This document shows, in pieces, positions 1 to 9,293 of a stretch of 64,000 bases of DNA (position 1 is the stretch's first letter; each line of letters opens with the position of its first letter). The position numbers and the translations under genes were made by a program. This DNA is from Coraliomargarita sp. (GTDB lineage Bacteria > Verrucomicrobiota > Verrucomicrobiia > Opitutales > Coraliomargaritaceae), in NCBI GenBank assembly GCA_965216325.1, contig OZ244160.1:448001-512000 (forward strand). Reading direction: 5' to 3'. The notes below the pieces were generated by a model, which searched no databases, was not told the origin of the DNA, and saw only the letters and a program-made list of their open reading frames with translations.

Positions 1-3000
1 AATCAGAGCGAAGCTCTCCCTGGTTACAGTGTCAACACCGGCATCACAGGTGCTGGAGGCCTGGGAGTTGTCGTTACGGGCGACGGCAGCAATGCTCTGC
101 TCGTCATCCGCGTCAGCGGAGAAGGTACTCGAGACTATATTGTACCTCTGGATTTTACAGGACAACGCTATGTTGAGATTGCGTCACCGCAGGTGTCATG
201 GACTAATTCCCGTTGGGGTTTTGTCGATGCCCACAAACGCTGGAGAGGTAATTGGATACGGAATGTCAACATATGGCTGGACCAGGTTCCTGCCAATACG
301 ACCTCATCGATCGTAGTCGAGGATATACGCTTTCTACCGGAACAGGCATCGGCTCTAGTGAACCCCTCTATTGCGTTCGGTGACGGTTCTTTAGAGATAG
401 ATGGGACAATCCCCTCCGACCGTTATCTGTGGTATCAAGGCGGAAGTACGGTTGGTGTGTATGATTTGAACTGGAATAAGCTTGAAGATCTGAGAGTAAA
501 AGGAACGAATTCCCGAAGTTCGGTTGGGGATATAGATATATCGATCACCAATAATAATGGAGGTAATGATCCATGGCTTGAGGTTCAGTTCTTTGCCCAG
601 GACCGACCGATGTCTGTATTGGGAAATGGAACCTTGGCTGCAGCCGACATACAGGTTACGGGCAACGGTCTTCAGATTGATGCCGGGGACTTTCCGGAGA
701 TTGCCCTGGGAACAGATTTTGGACAAGTCACGTCTCCAGTCTCGCAGCTGTTCACGATTACAAACCAGTCCAGCTCAACGACCCTCAATCTCACAGGCTC
801 ACCATACGTAACCCTCACCAGTGGTAGCGGCTTCACCCTAACCCAGGATGCCTCGATCGGGGCGATCCCACCACTCGGGTCGACCACCTTTGAAATTACC
901 TATGATGCCGGTGTGGGCTTGCACACCGCGCAGGTATCGATTGCCAGCTCGGATCCTAACCTTCCGGCTTATACCTTTGATATCCAGGGATTCAGTTTTG
1001 GCGAGCCTGTCGTGGTCAACCAGGGAGCAACTGTCGGTGACGTCAGCGCAACCCTGGAAGGGCAACTGACTCAGGGAGCTCGAGCCGATGCCATTATTTA
1101 CTGGGGGACCAGCGATGGAGGTACGACTCCCGGGAACTGGGAGCATGCAGAAACGATCGGTTCGGTCAATGAAGGTGAAATCTTCTCCAGTGAGCTGACG
1201 GGGTTGGTATCTGGCCGCCAGTATTACTACCGATGCTATACGTCCAACGCCAAGGGCGAGGCCTGGGCAACATCAACGACTCCGTTCCAGACAGCGATTC
1301 CCACTGCACTGCCGGTAACCATGGTGCGTTGGGGCGCTCCCGGTGGGGAAGATATCCTGACTGCCGATGTAGGAGTTAACTCAACAAGCACGTATGATCC
1401 TGTCACTCCGCGAAGCCCCGCCTTGGGTAGCAATGGATATTATATAACCGACATGTCCAACCGTACGCCGGTTATTTACGGAGCACATCAGGCAAATCTT
1501 GAGTTCGTGAACTCCGGGACGACGGATTCGGCACGGCTGGCAAAGTATATGGCCATAGGTGAAACATTCAAAGCGATGCTCGTTTGGAAGAAGGAAGACT
1601 TCAAGGCGGACCTTCCCGTAACCGTGACCAATTTGAAGCTGAATATCTCGGGACCGACAGACTTGAGCTATGAGAACCGCTGGGTGGTTGAAAAGGCTGG
1701 CCAGTTCTATATCAGCGATCAAACCTTCGCGACCGGTGACTTGGATGTGGATGCTTCCACGCTGACGTGGAGCGAATATACGCCGTTAAACGGTGGAGTC
1801 GATAGTATTGGGGCTGCTGCTTCGATCACACTGTATGACCTTGATTCAATCGGCTTCTATATTACTGCAGAACGCACAGCGTTTACGGAAGGCAACTGGA
1901 TGCGTCCGTCTTTTAATTACTTTGCTGTTGATGGTGACGAAGATCCCGACTTGAGCGCGACCGTCTACTACGTCAACTACGTGGCTGGCCCGAACGGAAG
2001 CATCTCCGGCGAGGCGACACAGGAAGTGCTCTATAACGGCAGTACAACGGCAGTGACCGCCATACCGGATGCCAACTATGAATTTACGGGCTGGAGTGAC
2101 GGCAGTACAGCCACCCCACGGTCAGATGACAACGTAACAACCAGCCAGACCTATACGGCCCAATTTGCAGTGATACCTCCGGTTGTGGTAAATGTCGGGG
2201 CGACCGGTAGTCAAGGCGGTGCCACCTTGGAGGGACAACTGACTCAGGGGGGCAGTGCTGATGCCTGGATCTATTGGGGCGCCAGCGACGGCGGCACCAC
2301 TGCCGGAAACTGGGATAACGCAGAATCAATCGGTTCGGTCACCGCAGGTGAAACCTTCTCCAAGGTGCTGAGCGACCTGGTGGTTGGTCGCCAGTATTAC
2401 TACCGTTGCTACGTATCCGATTCCAACGGTAACTATGACTGGGCAGAATCAACGGGTCAGTTCACGACCGAAGCCCCTGTTGCGCAGTCCGTGACCATGG
2501 TGCGTTGGGGAGCACCCGGCGGAGAGGATATTGTAACCGCCAACACCAGTAAGAACTCAACGGGCACCTATGATCCAGCCACTCCACGAAGTCCAGAACT
2601 TGGCGGTGCCGAGGGGTATTATGTTACCGACATGACTAACCGCACGCCGGTTATTTATGGAGCGCACCAGGCGCTTCTTGAAATCCGGAACAACGGGACG
2701 GCGGATTATGCATGGCTGGCAAAATACATGAGTGTCGGAAACACCATGAAGAATATGATCATATGGAAGAAGGAAGACTTCAAGTCGACCCTTGCCGTAA
2801 CCGTTACCAATTTGAAGCTGAATCTTTCCGGTCCAACTGACTTGGTCTACCAGAACCGCTGGGTGGTGGAGAAGTCTGGCCAGTTCTATATCAGCGATCA
2901 AACCTTTACGACCGGCGACTTGGATGTGGATGTTTCCACGCTGACGTGGAGCGAGTATACGCCGCTGAACGGTGGGGTCGATAGTATTGGAGCTGCTGCT

Positions 3001-5835
3001 GCGATCACATTATACGACCTTGATTCAGTCGGGTTTTATATAAACGCAGAACGCACTGCGTTTACAGAAGGCAACTGGATGCGACCGTCATTCAACTACT
3101 TTGCGGTGGAAGGTCTTGAAGACCCCGACTTGAGCGCGACCGTCAACTACGTCAACTACGTAGCCGGCCCGAACGGAAGCATCTCCGGCGAGGCGACACA
3201 GGAAGTACTCTATGACGGCAGCACAACAGCGGTAAGCGCCATACCGGATGCCAACTATGAATTTACGGGCTGGAGTGACGGCAGCACAGCCAATCCCCGG
3301 TCGGATGCCAACGTAACAAGTACCCAGACCTATACGGCAAACTTTGCAGTGATACCTCCAGCTGTGACAAATATCGGGGCGACCGGAACCCAGGGTGGTG
3401 CTACCCTGGAAGGACAACTGACTCAGGGAGTCAGTGCTGATGCAATTATTTACTGGGGCGCCAGTGATGGAGGCACAACTCCCGCTGACTGGGATAACGC
3501 TGAATCACTCGGTTCGGTCACCGAGGGAGTCACCTTCACCAAGGGGCTTACTGGCCTGGTAAGTGGACGACAGTACTACTATCGCTGCTACGTGTCCAAT
3601 GCCAACGGCAGCGACTGGGCAGAAACAACTGGCCTATTCAAGGCCGCAAAACCCGAAGCGCAGCCGGTTACCATGGTGCGTTGGGGTGCTTCAGGAGGGG
3701 AAGATATTCTTAATGCGAACGTAGTAATAAACTCAACGGGCACTTATGACCCAGCCGTGCCGCGAAGCCCCGCCTTGGGTGCCGGTGGGTATTATATTAC
3801 AGACATGAGCAATCGAACACCGGTCATCTACGGTGCGCACCAGTGCAATCTGGAGTTCCGTAACAATGGAACTGCGGATTATACTTGGCTGGCAAAATAC
3901 ATGGCCCTTGGAGATACATTCAAGGCGATGCTTGTGTGGAAAAAACAGGACTTCCTGGCGGAGCGGAGCGTCACGGTCACCCGTTTAAAATTGAATTTCT
4001 CCGGTCCTGCTGACCTAGGTTATACAAACCGTTGGATCGTTGAAAAATCCGGGCAATTCTACATCAGCGATCAAACCTTCACGACCGGTGATTTGGATGT
4101 CGATGCTACCACGCTGACGTGGAGCGAGTATACGCCGCTGAACGGTGGGGTCGATAGTATTGGAGCTGCTGCTGCGATCACATTATACGACCTTGATTCA
4201 GTCGGGTTCTATGTAAACGTTGAACGTACTGCGTTCACGCAAGGCAACTGGATGCGACCGTCATTCAACCACTTTACGGTGGAAGGTCTTGAAGACCCCG
4301 ACTTGAGCGCGACCGTCAACTACGTCCACTATGCGGCTGGCCCGAACGGGAGTATTACGGGTACTACAACCCAGGAGGTGTCCTATGGAGGTAGCACTAC
4401 ATCTGTTGCAGCTACACCAAATGCCGGCTATGAGTTTGTTGACTGGAGTGATGGCAGTACGGCCAACCCGCGTTCCGATACCAATGTGACGAGCAGCCAG
4501 ACCTATACGGCTAACTTTGCACCGATAGCGCCCGTAGTGGTCTACGTGGCCGGCCCGAACGGGAGTATTATCGGCGCGCCGCCCATCACTGTCAGCTACA
4601 CGGACCAGGAGACCGACATTGTCAACACGGGTGTGGGCAACTTAGTACAGGCTCAGAATTTTGGTGGCACGGGCTCCGTGACCATCAATGGCATTCTTCA
4701 CGCCAATAATAATAGCGCGTTAACCCCGGCTTCTTTCCCTGGGCCTTGGGGTAATCCCGATTCCGGCACCTTTACCGGAGACATGTTCAAGCTCCTTGAT
4801 GGGATAGCGGGCAGCGATACAGCAGCAGCGTCCACGGTCACCATTTCCGGACTGACCCCCGGTGAGACCTATCTCTTCCAAGCCTACTGGCTGGTGAATG
4901 ACAATTTCGGCACTCGCACGATGAACGTTAACCTCGAGGGGGAGACGCTCACTAACATCAGTGCCAATACAGCAGCGAACGAGTTCGTGCTGATTTCCTA
5001 CACCTACACAGCCACTGATGACACCTTCGTAGGTACCTTTGAGGATTTTGGCGGCAACGAATGGTTGCAAGGATTTTCGCTGCAGGTCGCGCCTGAGCCA
5101 GCTTCGATAACAACCCAGGAGGTGCCCTATGGAGGTAGCACTACCCCGGTGACAGCCACGCCAGACGCCGGCTATGAGTTTGTTGACTGGAGTGATGGCA
5201 GCACCGCCAACCCACGTTCCGATACCAATGTGACGAGCAGCCAGACCTATACGGCCAATTTTGCGCTTGTTACTTTAAATCAGACGTCAATGGTTTCCAT
5301 AAGCTCAGAGAGCACAGTCGAAAGTACCGGTGATCCGCAATTGACACCTTCATTCAGCACAGTGGATGAGTTGATTAATTCCGGTTATATCTATACCATA
5401 ACCCGTTTGGATGCAACAGAGGAAGAGGTTCAGATTGAACCAGTGATGTCAGAGGTGTTCGAAGATGTTTACATATATCAAGAGAATGATGCTGGTTACA
5501 TGGTCGGTTATGTAATCTCCAACGACACAACCATCGGTATGATCATCGATCCAGATGACAACTACTGGTTCACTGCCACGTTGGGCGGTACAATCAGCAC
5601 AGCAGAATCAATAAACAATGACAACCTGATCGTCGGTTCAGCCACTGATGTAGACGAAAACAGCAGAGCTGTGATCTGGGATTTAAACAACACCGTAATC
5701 GATCTGAACAGTCTGCTCAGCGAAGAAGATGCACAGATATGGATGCTCGAGTACGCAGTTGATATCAGTGATGATGGGGTAATCATCGGTGTTGGTACCG
5801 TCTCAGGAGAAAGAGCGGTGTTTGAACTGAAATAA
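1..5835 (+). CDS. Giant modular secreted/surface protein, 5' end outside the window. Contains an Ig-like domain, three ~390-aa repeat units, InlB-B-like repeats, an inserted PEP-CTERM-type domain and a C-terminal HAF-like repeat region
   Basis: The frame of ORF 193..5835 is open from base 1. Three repeats read ATLEGQLTQG..YWG..DGGTT..W / VRWGA..FAV(D/E)G / AGPNGSI.G...GWSDGSTANPRSD. The C-terminus reads SINNDNLIVG..AVIW..IDLNSLL..AVDISDDGVIIG. Confidence 0.85.
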   Translation, partial: NQSEALPGYSVNTGITGAGGLGVVVTGDGSNALLVIRVSGEGTRDYIVPLDFTGQRYVEIASPQVSWTNSRWGFVDAHKRWRGNWIRNVNIWLDQVPANTTSSIVVEDIRFLPEQASALVNPSIAFGDGSLEIDGTIPSDRYLWYQGGSTVGVYDLNWNKLEDLRVKGTNSRSSVGDIDISITNNNGGNDPWLEVQFFAQDRPMSVLGNGTLAAADIQVTGNGLQIDAGDFPEIALGTDFGQVTSPVSQLFTITNQSSSTTLNLTGSPYVTLTSGSGFTLTQDASIGAIPPLGSTTFEITYDAGVGLHTAQVSIASSDPNLPAYTFDIQGFSFGEPVVVNQGATVGDVSATLEGQLTQGARADAIIYWGTSDGGTTPGNWEHAETIGSVNEGEIFSSELTGLVSGRQYYYRCYTSNAKGEAWATSTTPFQTAIPTALPVTMVRWGAPGGEDILTADVGVNSTSTYDPVTPRSPALGSNGYYITDMSNRTPVIYGAHQANLEFVNSGTTDSARLAKYMAIGETFKAMLVWKKEDFKADLPVTVTNLKLNISGPTDLSYENRWVVEKAGQFYISDQTFATGDLDVDASTLTWSEYTPLNGGVDSIGAAASITLYDLDSIGFYITAERTAFTEGNWMRPSFNYFAVDGDEDPDLSATVYYVNYVAGPNGSISGEATQEVLYNGSTTAVTAIPDANYEFTGWSDGSTATPRSDDNVTTSQTYTAQFAVIPPVVVNVGATGSQGGATLEGQLTQGGSADAWIYWGASDGGTTAGNWDNAESIGSVTAGETFSKVLSDLVVGRQYYYRCYVSDSNGNYDWAESTGQFTTEAPVAQSVTMVRWGAPGGEDIVTANTSKNSTGTYDPATPRSPELGGAEGYYVTDMTNRTPVIYGAHQALLEIRNNGTADYAWLAKYMSVGNTMKNMIIWKKEDFKSTLAVTVTNLKLNLSGPTDLVYQNRWVVEKSGQFYISDQTFTTGDLDVDVSTLTWSEYTPLNGGVDSIGAAAAITLYDLDSVGFYINAERTAFTEGNWMRPSFNYFAVEGLEDPDLSATVNYVNYVAGPNGSISGEATQEVLYDGSTTAVSAIPDANYEFTGWSDGSTANPRSDANVTSTQTYTANFAVIPPAVTNIGATGTQGGATLEGQLTQGVSADAIIYWGASDGGTTPADWDNAESLGSVTEGVTFTKGLTGLVSGRQYYYRCYVSNANGSDWAETTGLFKAAKPEAQPVTMVRWGASGGEDILNANVVINSTGTYDPAVPRSPALGAGGYYITDMSNRTPVIYGAHQCNLEFRNNGTADYTWLAKYMALGDTFKAMLVWKKQDFLAERSVTVTRLKLNFSGPADLGYTNRWIVEKSGQFYISDQTFTTGDLDVDATTLTWSEYTPLNGGVDSIGAAAAITLYDLDSVGFYVNVERTAFTQGNWMRPSFNHFTVEGLEDPDLSATVNYVHYAAGPNGSITGTTTQEVSYGGSTTSVAATPNAGYEFVDWSDGSTANPRSDTNVTSSQTYTANFAPIAPVVVYVAGPNGSIIGAPPITVSYTDQETDIVNTGVGNLVQAQNFGGTGSVTINGILHANNNSALTPASFPGPWGNPDSGTFTGDMFKLLDGIAGSDTAAASTVTISGLTPGETYLFQAYWLVNDNFGTRTMNVNLEGETLTNISANTAANEFVLISYTYTATDDTFVGTFEDFGGNEWLQGFSLQVAPEPASITTQEVPYGGSTTPVTATPDAGYEFVDWSDGSTANPRSDTNVTSSQTYTANFALVTLNQTSMVSISSESTVESTGDPQLTPSFSTVDELINSGYIYTITRLDATEEEVQIEPVMSEVFEDVYIYQENDAGYMVGYVISNDTTIGMIIDPDDNYWFTATLGGTISTAESINNDNLIVGSATDVDENSRAVIWDLNNTVIDLNSLLSEEDAQIWMLEYAVDISDDGVIIGVGTVSGERAVFELK

Positions 5836-6073
5836 TACCACTTTACAAAAATTCTGAGCCTATAGCGAGAGTTGAGAGTTGTTCTGGCAAGGCGGGTGCC
5901 TCCAGTTGGGGCAAGACCCCGAGCTTGCTGAGGGGCTGGAGGCGACCAACGCAGCCAACGCTAGTTGCTCTCCTGTCGCTTTGCGATGCGCCGCTTTGAG
6001 CCTTCCGCTGCGTTAGCCCAGCAGGCTCAAAGCCGCTGCACCATAGGCTCAAGAATTTTTCAAAGTGGTATTA
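5833..6073. mobile_element. MITE-like element with ~31-bp terminal inverted repeats
   Basis: Left end taataccactttacaaaaattctgagcctat; reverse complement of right end taataccactttgaaaaattcttgagcctat. Internal hairpins, no coding capacity. Confidence 0.7.
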
Positions 6074-6215
6074 TGTCTTATGAAAAAGGGTCGCGCTGCA
6101 CCCTCTGGGGGCGCATCCGGACACTACCAATGGATTGTTGCGAAGGTACGCTCGGCCTGAGGACAGGCCTGCGCTACCCTACAATAACGGAATTTCGCAT
6201 TAATTAGACACCCTC

Positions 6216-6863
6216 TTAGATCATACCCTTGCGAATGCCGGCCGCGACAGCCGCTGCGACGTTGGGGACTTGTAGCTTTTTATAGATGCTTTCGGTGTAT
6301 TGCGATATCGTTCGATAACTGACATCCATGCGTTCGGCGACTTCTTTTTTAACATAGCCCATCGCCAATAACTCGAGCACTTGTAGTTCTCGCTTGGTGA
6401 GGACATTTTCATCATCGACTTCAGTGTTGCCACTGAGTGCCTTCAACACAATTTTTGAAAGCTGCGGGTCAATGATGCAGTGACCTTGGTGAAGCTCGGC
6501 GATGGCCTCGCGGATCGATGCGATGGGCGAGTCCTTAAGTAGATAGCCAGCGACTCCCAGCCGGATGGCTTCAATGGTGGTGTGGTAGTTATTGTTCTGA
6601 GTGAGTATCAGGATATTCGCCTCCGGCAGCTCCTTGCGTATGATCGGGACTAACTGAAGGCCGCTTTTTTCCGGTAGGTTCAGGTCTAAAAGGACGATGT
6701 CGATGACTTGGTTACAATTATCATTGAGGGTCTCCAGGAAGTCTTCTGCGCTGTTATAGCTCGCAACAAATTCCATTTGCTCGGAGACTGAAATCATCGT
6801 TTGCAATGACTGGGTGTATTGAGGGTTATCCTCGATGATTAATATTTTGATGGTTTCTGACAT
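6216..6863 (-). CDS. NarL/FixJ (LuxR-HTH) family response regulator
   Basis: Receiver domain (ILIIED..LLDLNLP..GYLLK) and C-terminal LTKRELQVLELLAMG..KEVA HTH. Confidence 0.93.
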   Translation of the reverse strand: MSETIKILIIEDNPQYTQSLQTMISVSEQMEFVASYNSAEDFLETLNDNCNQVIDIVLLDLNLPEKSGLQLVPIIRKELPEANILILTQNNNYHTTIEAIRLGVAGYLLKDSPIASIREAIAELHQGHCIIDPQLSKIVLKALSGNTEVDDENVLTKRELQVLELLAMGYVKKEVAERMDVSYRTISQYTESIYKKLQVPNVAAAVAAGIRKGMI

Positions 6864-6866
6864 GAT

Positions 6867-8834
6867 TTATTTTTTGAGCTTTAGTCGGATGCGGGTGCCT
6901 TGCTCTGGTCGTGATTCGAAGTTGAGTTGGGCACCTAGGCGCTTTGCGCGGATATCTAAGTGGCGTGGGGGGATGTCGCTCCCCGAAATGCCTTTCCCGT
7001 CGTCACAAATACTGAGCTCGATGCATCCGGCGTTCCGTCGAGTCTGGATTTCAACATGGCTGGCCTGAGCATGCTTGCAGATGTTATTAAGTGCTTCCTT
7101 GATGAACATTAATAGATCCCATTGCTTGGCAGGACTTAGTCTTTTTGAAGGCCCTAAGACTTCAAGCTTACAGCTATAATCAATCCCAGACAACAGCTGT
7201 TGCGCCATTTTACGAATCTGGGAATTGACATCAAAATTAGCCTTCTTGGATTCGAGGAATTGCACGAAGTTTCGAGTCTCCCGCGACGTGAGGCGTGCGG
7301 TATGAATGGTATCTTCGAGCATTTTATGTTGAATGCTCGTCGGGTGCGGAATGGTTTCTTTAATGAGTTCCGTCATGTGCACCAAGCTACTGGTATTGGC
7401 TCCGATTTCATCATGCAGATCACAGGCGATGCGATCTCGGATGAGGAGCCAACGCCGGTTCGCGAGCAGCTTAATCAGCAACATTAAGATCACTAAGGTG
7501 ATGATGACTCCAAATGCGGTGACGCTGATAAATTGTGACCGCTGACGTGCTTGGCTTTCGGCAAACAGTAAGCGCTCCCGTTCCTGCCTTTGGGCGAGCA
7601 GTAAATCCTGTTCCAAACTCGTCAACGTTCGATCCAATTCGGCTCGGCGTGTGATGGTGATGATCCATTCGCGCAGGGGGATGATTACGCCTTCAGCTGT
7701 GAGCCCATTGGAGAGTTGGCTCACATCCGAGCTTTCATGCGCACGCGGAAGCGTGAATTTTGTTGTGACAAGTTCTCCCTTCTCAAGGACTTCGATCTCG
7801 CTTAGGTCTAATTTCCTAAATCTTTCACCTCGAAATTCGGGGACAGGCTTGCTGAGATGCAGACGAAAGTAGCGCCCTTCGTTTTGCTTAATCCGCAGCA
7901 TCAATGGGCTTGATCCCGGCCTTGGCATACGATCGCCACTTGCATAGATGAGTGTGCCGGCGGTGTCGTCTGCTGCGTTCAGCTTTTCCAGGCGAATCTG
8001 TGTCGGAAATCCGATGCCGCTGGAGACTGGAAAATGGTGCTGAGCTGAGTGCACTACGGGCCAGAGGCGCAATTCATCAAATTGGCGTATCTCGCCCAAA
8101 TCAAGTAGAAGTGTGAGTGTCTCATGCCAGGAATAAAAGTTAGCATACGGAGTCTTCAGATTTCTATGGATAGGCGACAACAGGCTAAAGCCATCGGTCA
8201 GACATTTCTGATGCCAAACATAACCGTAGTTACTCGTCTGAGGGGCACGGACCTTGGCACCCAAGGCGACATTCCAAGGACCTGAGAATGCGTAGATTTC
8301 GCTGAGAGCAGTGATGTAGTCGCCGTGCCACCAAGTCGGGTTGTCGGCTTGCTGCAATACCGTCAGTCGTAGCCCTGCAGCGTAAACAGGGGTCTCTAAT
8401 GGGAATAGTTGCGGCTCAATGCCGCTCACCAAGTAATCACGCTCGCTGTAATCGACGATGATCTCGCCGGATCCATCCGCGAGCAAACGCTCGATAATGA
8501 AACGCTCTGGAAACCCAAAGACTTCGACCTGATCGGCGTTTGTTCGGTAGTTACAGGGCATTAAGGCAATCAGATCGATTGTGGCCGGTGTCACAAAGTG
8601 CAGGTCGATGTCTATTCGGTGATCTTTGGGCTGACCCATACTTAAACGATACCCCAGTGTCCATGGAGTCGGGTTGGGCATGAGTTCGGGTAACGATTGC
8701 GCCTCAGCGTGTAATGCATCAATTTCCTGCTGAATTGAATTTATGCTGCGGAATTCCTGCGCCGTAATTTTTGCATAGGCCCCCATCATCACAAGGTAAA
8801 GGATGCTGCAGATTGGGGGAATTTTGAGGCTCAT
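6867..8834 (-). CDS. Sensor histidine kinase (HisKA_3/NarX-type) with a large extracellular discoidin-like sensor region
   Basis: Signal peptide, TM helix, RIACDLHDEIG H-box, KEALNNICKHA N-box, ICDDGKG G-box; adjacent to the response regulator. Confidence 0.9.
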   Translation of the reverse strand: MSLKIPPICSILYLVMMGAYAKITAQEFRSINSIQQEIDALHAEAQSLPELMPNPTPWTLGYRLSMGQPKDHRIDIDLHFVTPATIDLIALMPCNYRTNADQVEVFGFPERFIIERLLADGSGEIIVDYSERDYLVSGIEPQLFPLETPVYAAGLRLTVLQQADNPTWWHGDYITALSEIYAFSGPWNVALGAKVRAPQTSNYGYVWHQKCLTDGFSLLSPIHRNLKTPYANFYSWHETLTLLLDLGEIRQFDELRLWPVVHSAQHHFPVSSGIGFPTQIRLEKLNAADDTAGTLIYASGDRMPRPGSSPLMLRIKQNEGRYFRLHLSKPVPEFRGERFRKLDLSEIEVLEKGELVTTKFTLPRAHESSDVSQLSNGLTAEGVIIPLREWIITITRRAELDRTLTSLEQDLLLAQRQERERLLFAESQARQRSQFISVTAFGVIITLVILMLLIKLLANRRWLLIRDRIACDLHDEIGANTSSLVHMTELIKETIPHPTSIQHKMLEDTIHTARLTSRETRNFVQFLESKKANFDVNSQIRKMAQQLLSGIDYSCKLEVLGPSKRLSPAKQWDLLMFIKEALNNICKHAQASHVEIQTRRNAGCIELSICDDGKGISGSDIPPRHLDIRAKRLGAQLNFESRPEQGTRIRLKLKK

Positions 8835-9114
8835 TTGCTTCGGGTGTAATGAGATTAAAACGTATAATAGTCTGTTTATAAGATGCCTCGTTCACTGCAA
8901 GGGGGGAAGCATTAATTTACCCGGATCACCCGTGAGAGTGGGGGCCGGCGCTACAGGCCTGTTGTTAGTACTGTTCGTCCAGCGTACGTCTGATGGTAGT
9001 TTGATGTGCAGTGATTGGTGTATTTGGCTTGCACCAAGGAAACCTTGCGTTGGGAAGTCGAGACCGCTGGAGAGAGGAGGCAACTGAGTGAGGGCTCTGC
9101 AGTCATCCAACCAG

Positions 9115-9162
9115 ACACGGTTGATTGACCGTGTTTACAGGAAGGATGCTTTTCGGCATTAT
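9115..9162 (+). promoter_or_regulatory. Palindromic operator ACACGGTTGATTGACCGTGT with -35 TTTACA and -10 CATTAT, upstream of the sulfatase
   Basis: Member of the 12-copy palindrome family; 17-nt spacer. Confidence 0.7.
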
Positions 9163-9293
9163 CACATACGCCAGATTTGGAGCTAAATAATGAAGCTGAA
9201 ATCTTCTGGCACCGGCGCGACTCAGCTCATCCGCTCACTGAGCAATCGAACTCCAAGTCGGTTGATCTCCTATTGAATTTAAATGACAAAACC

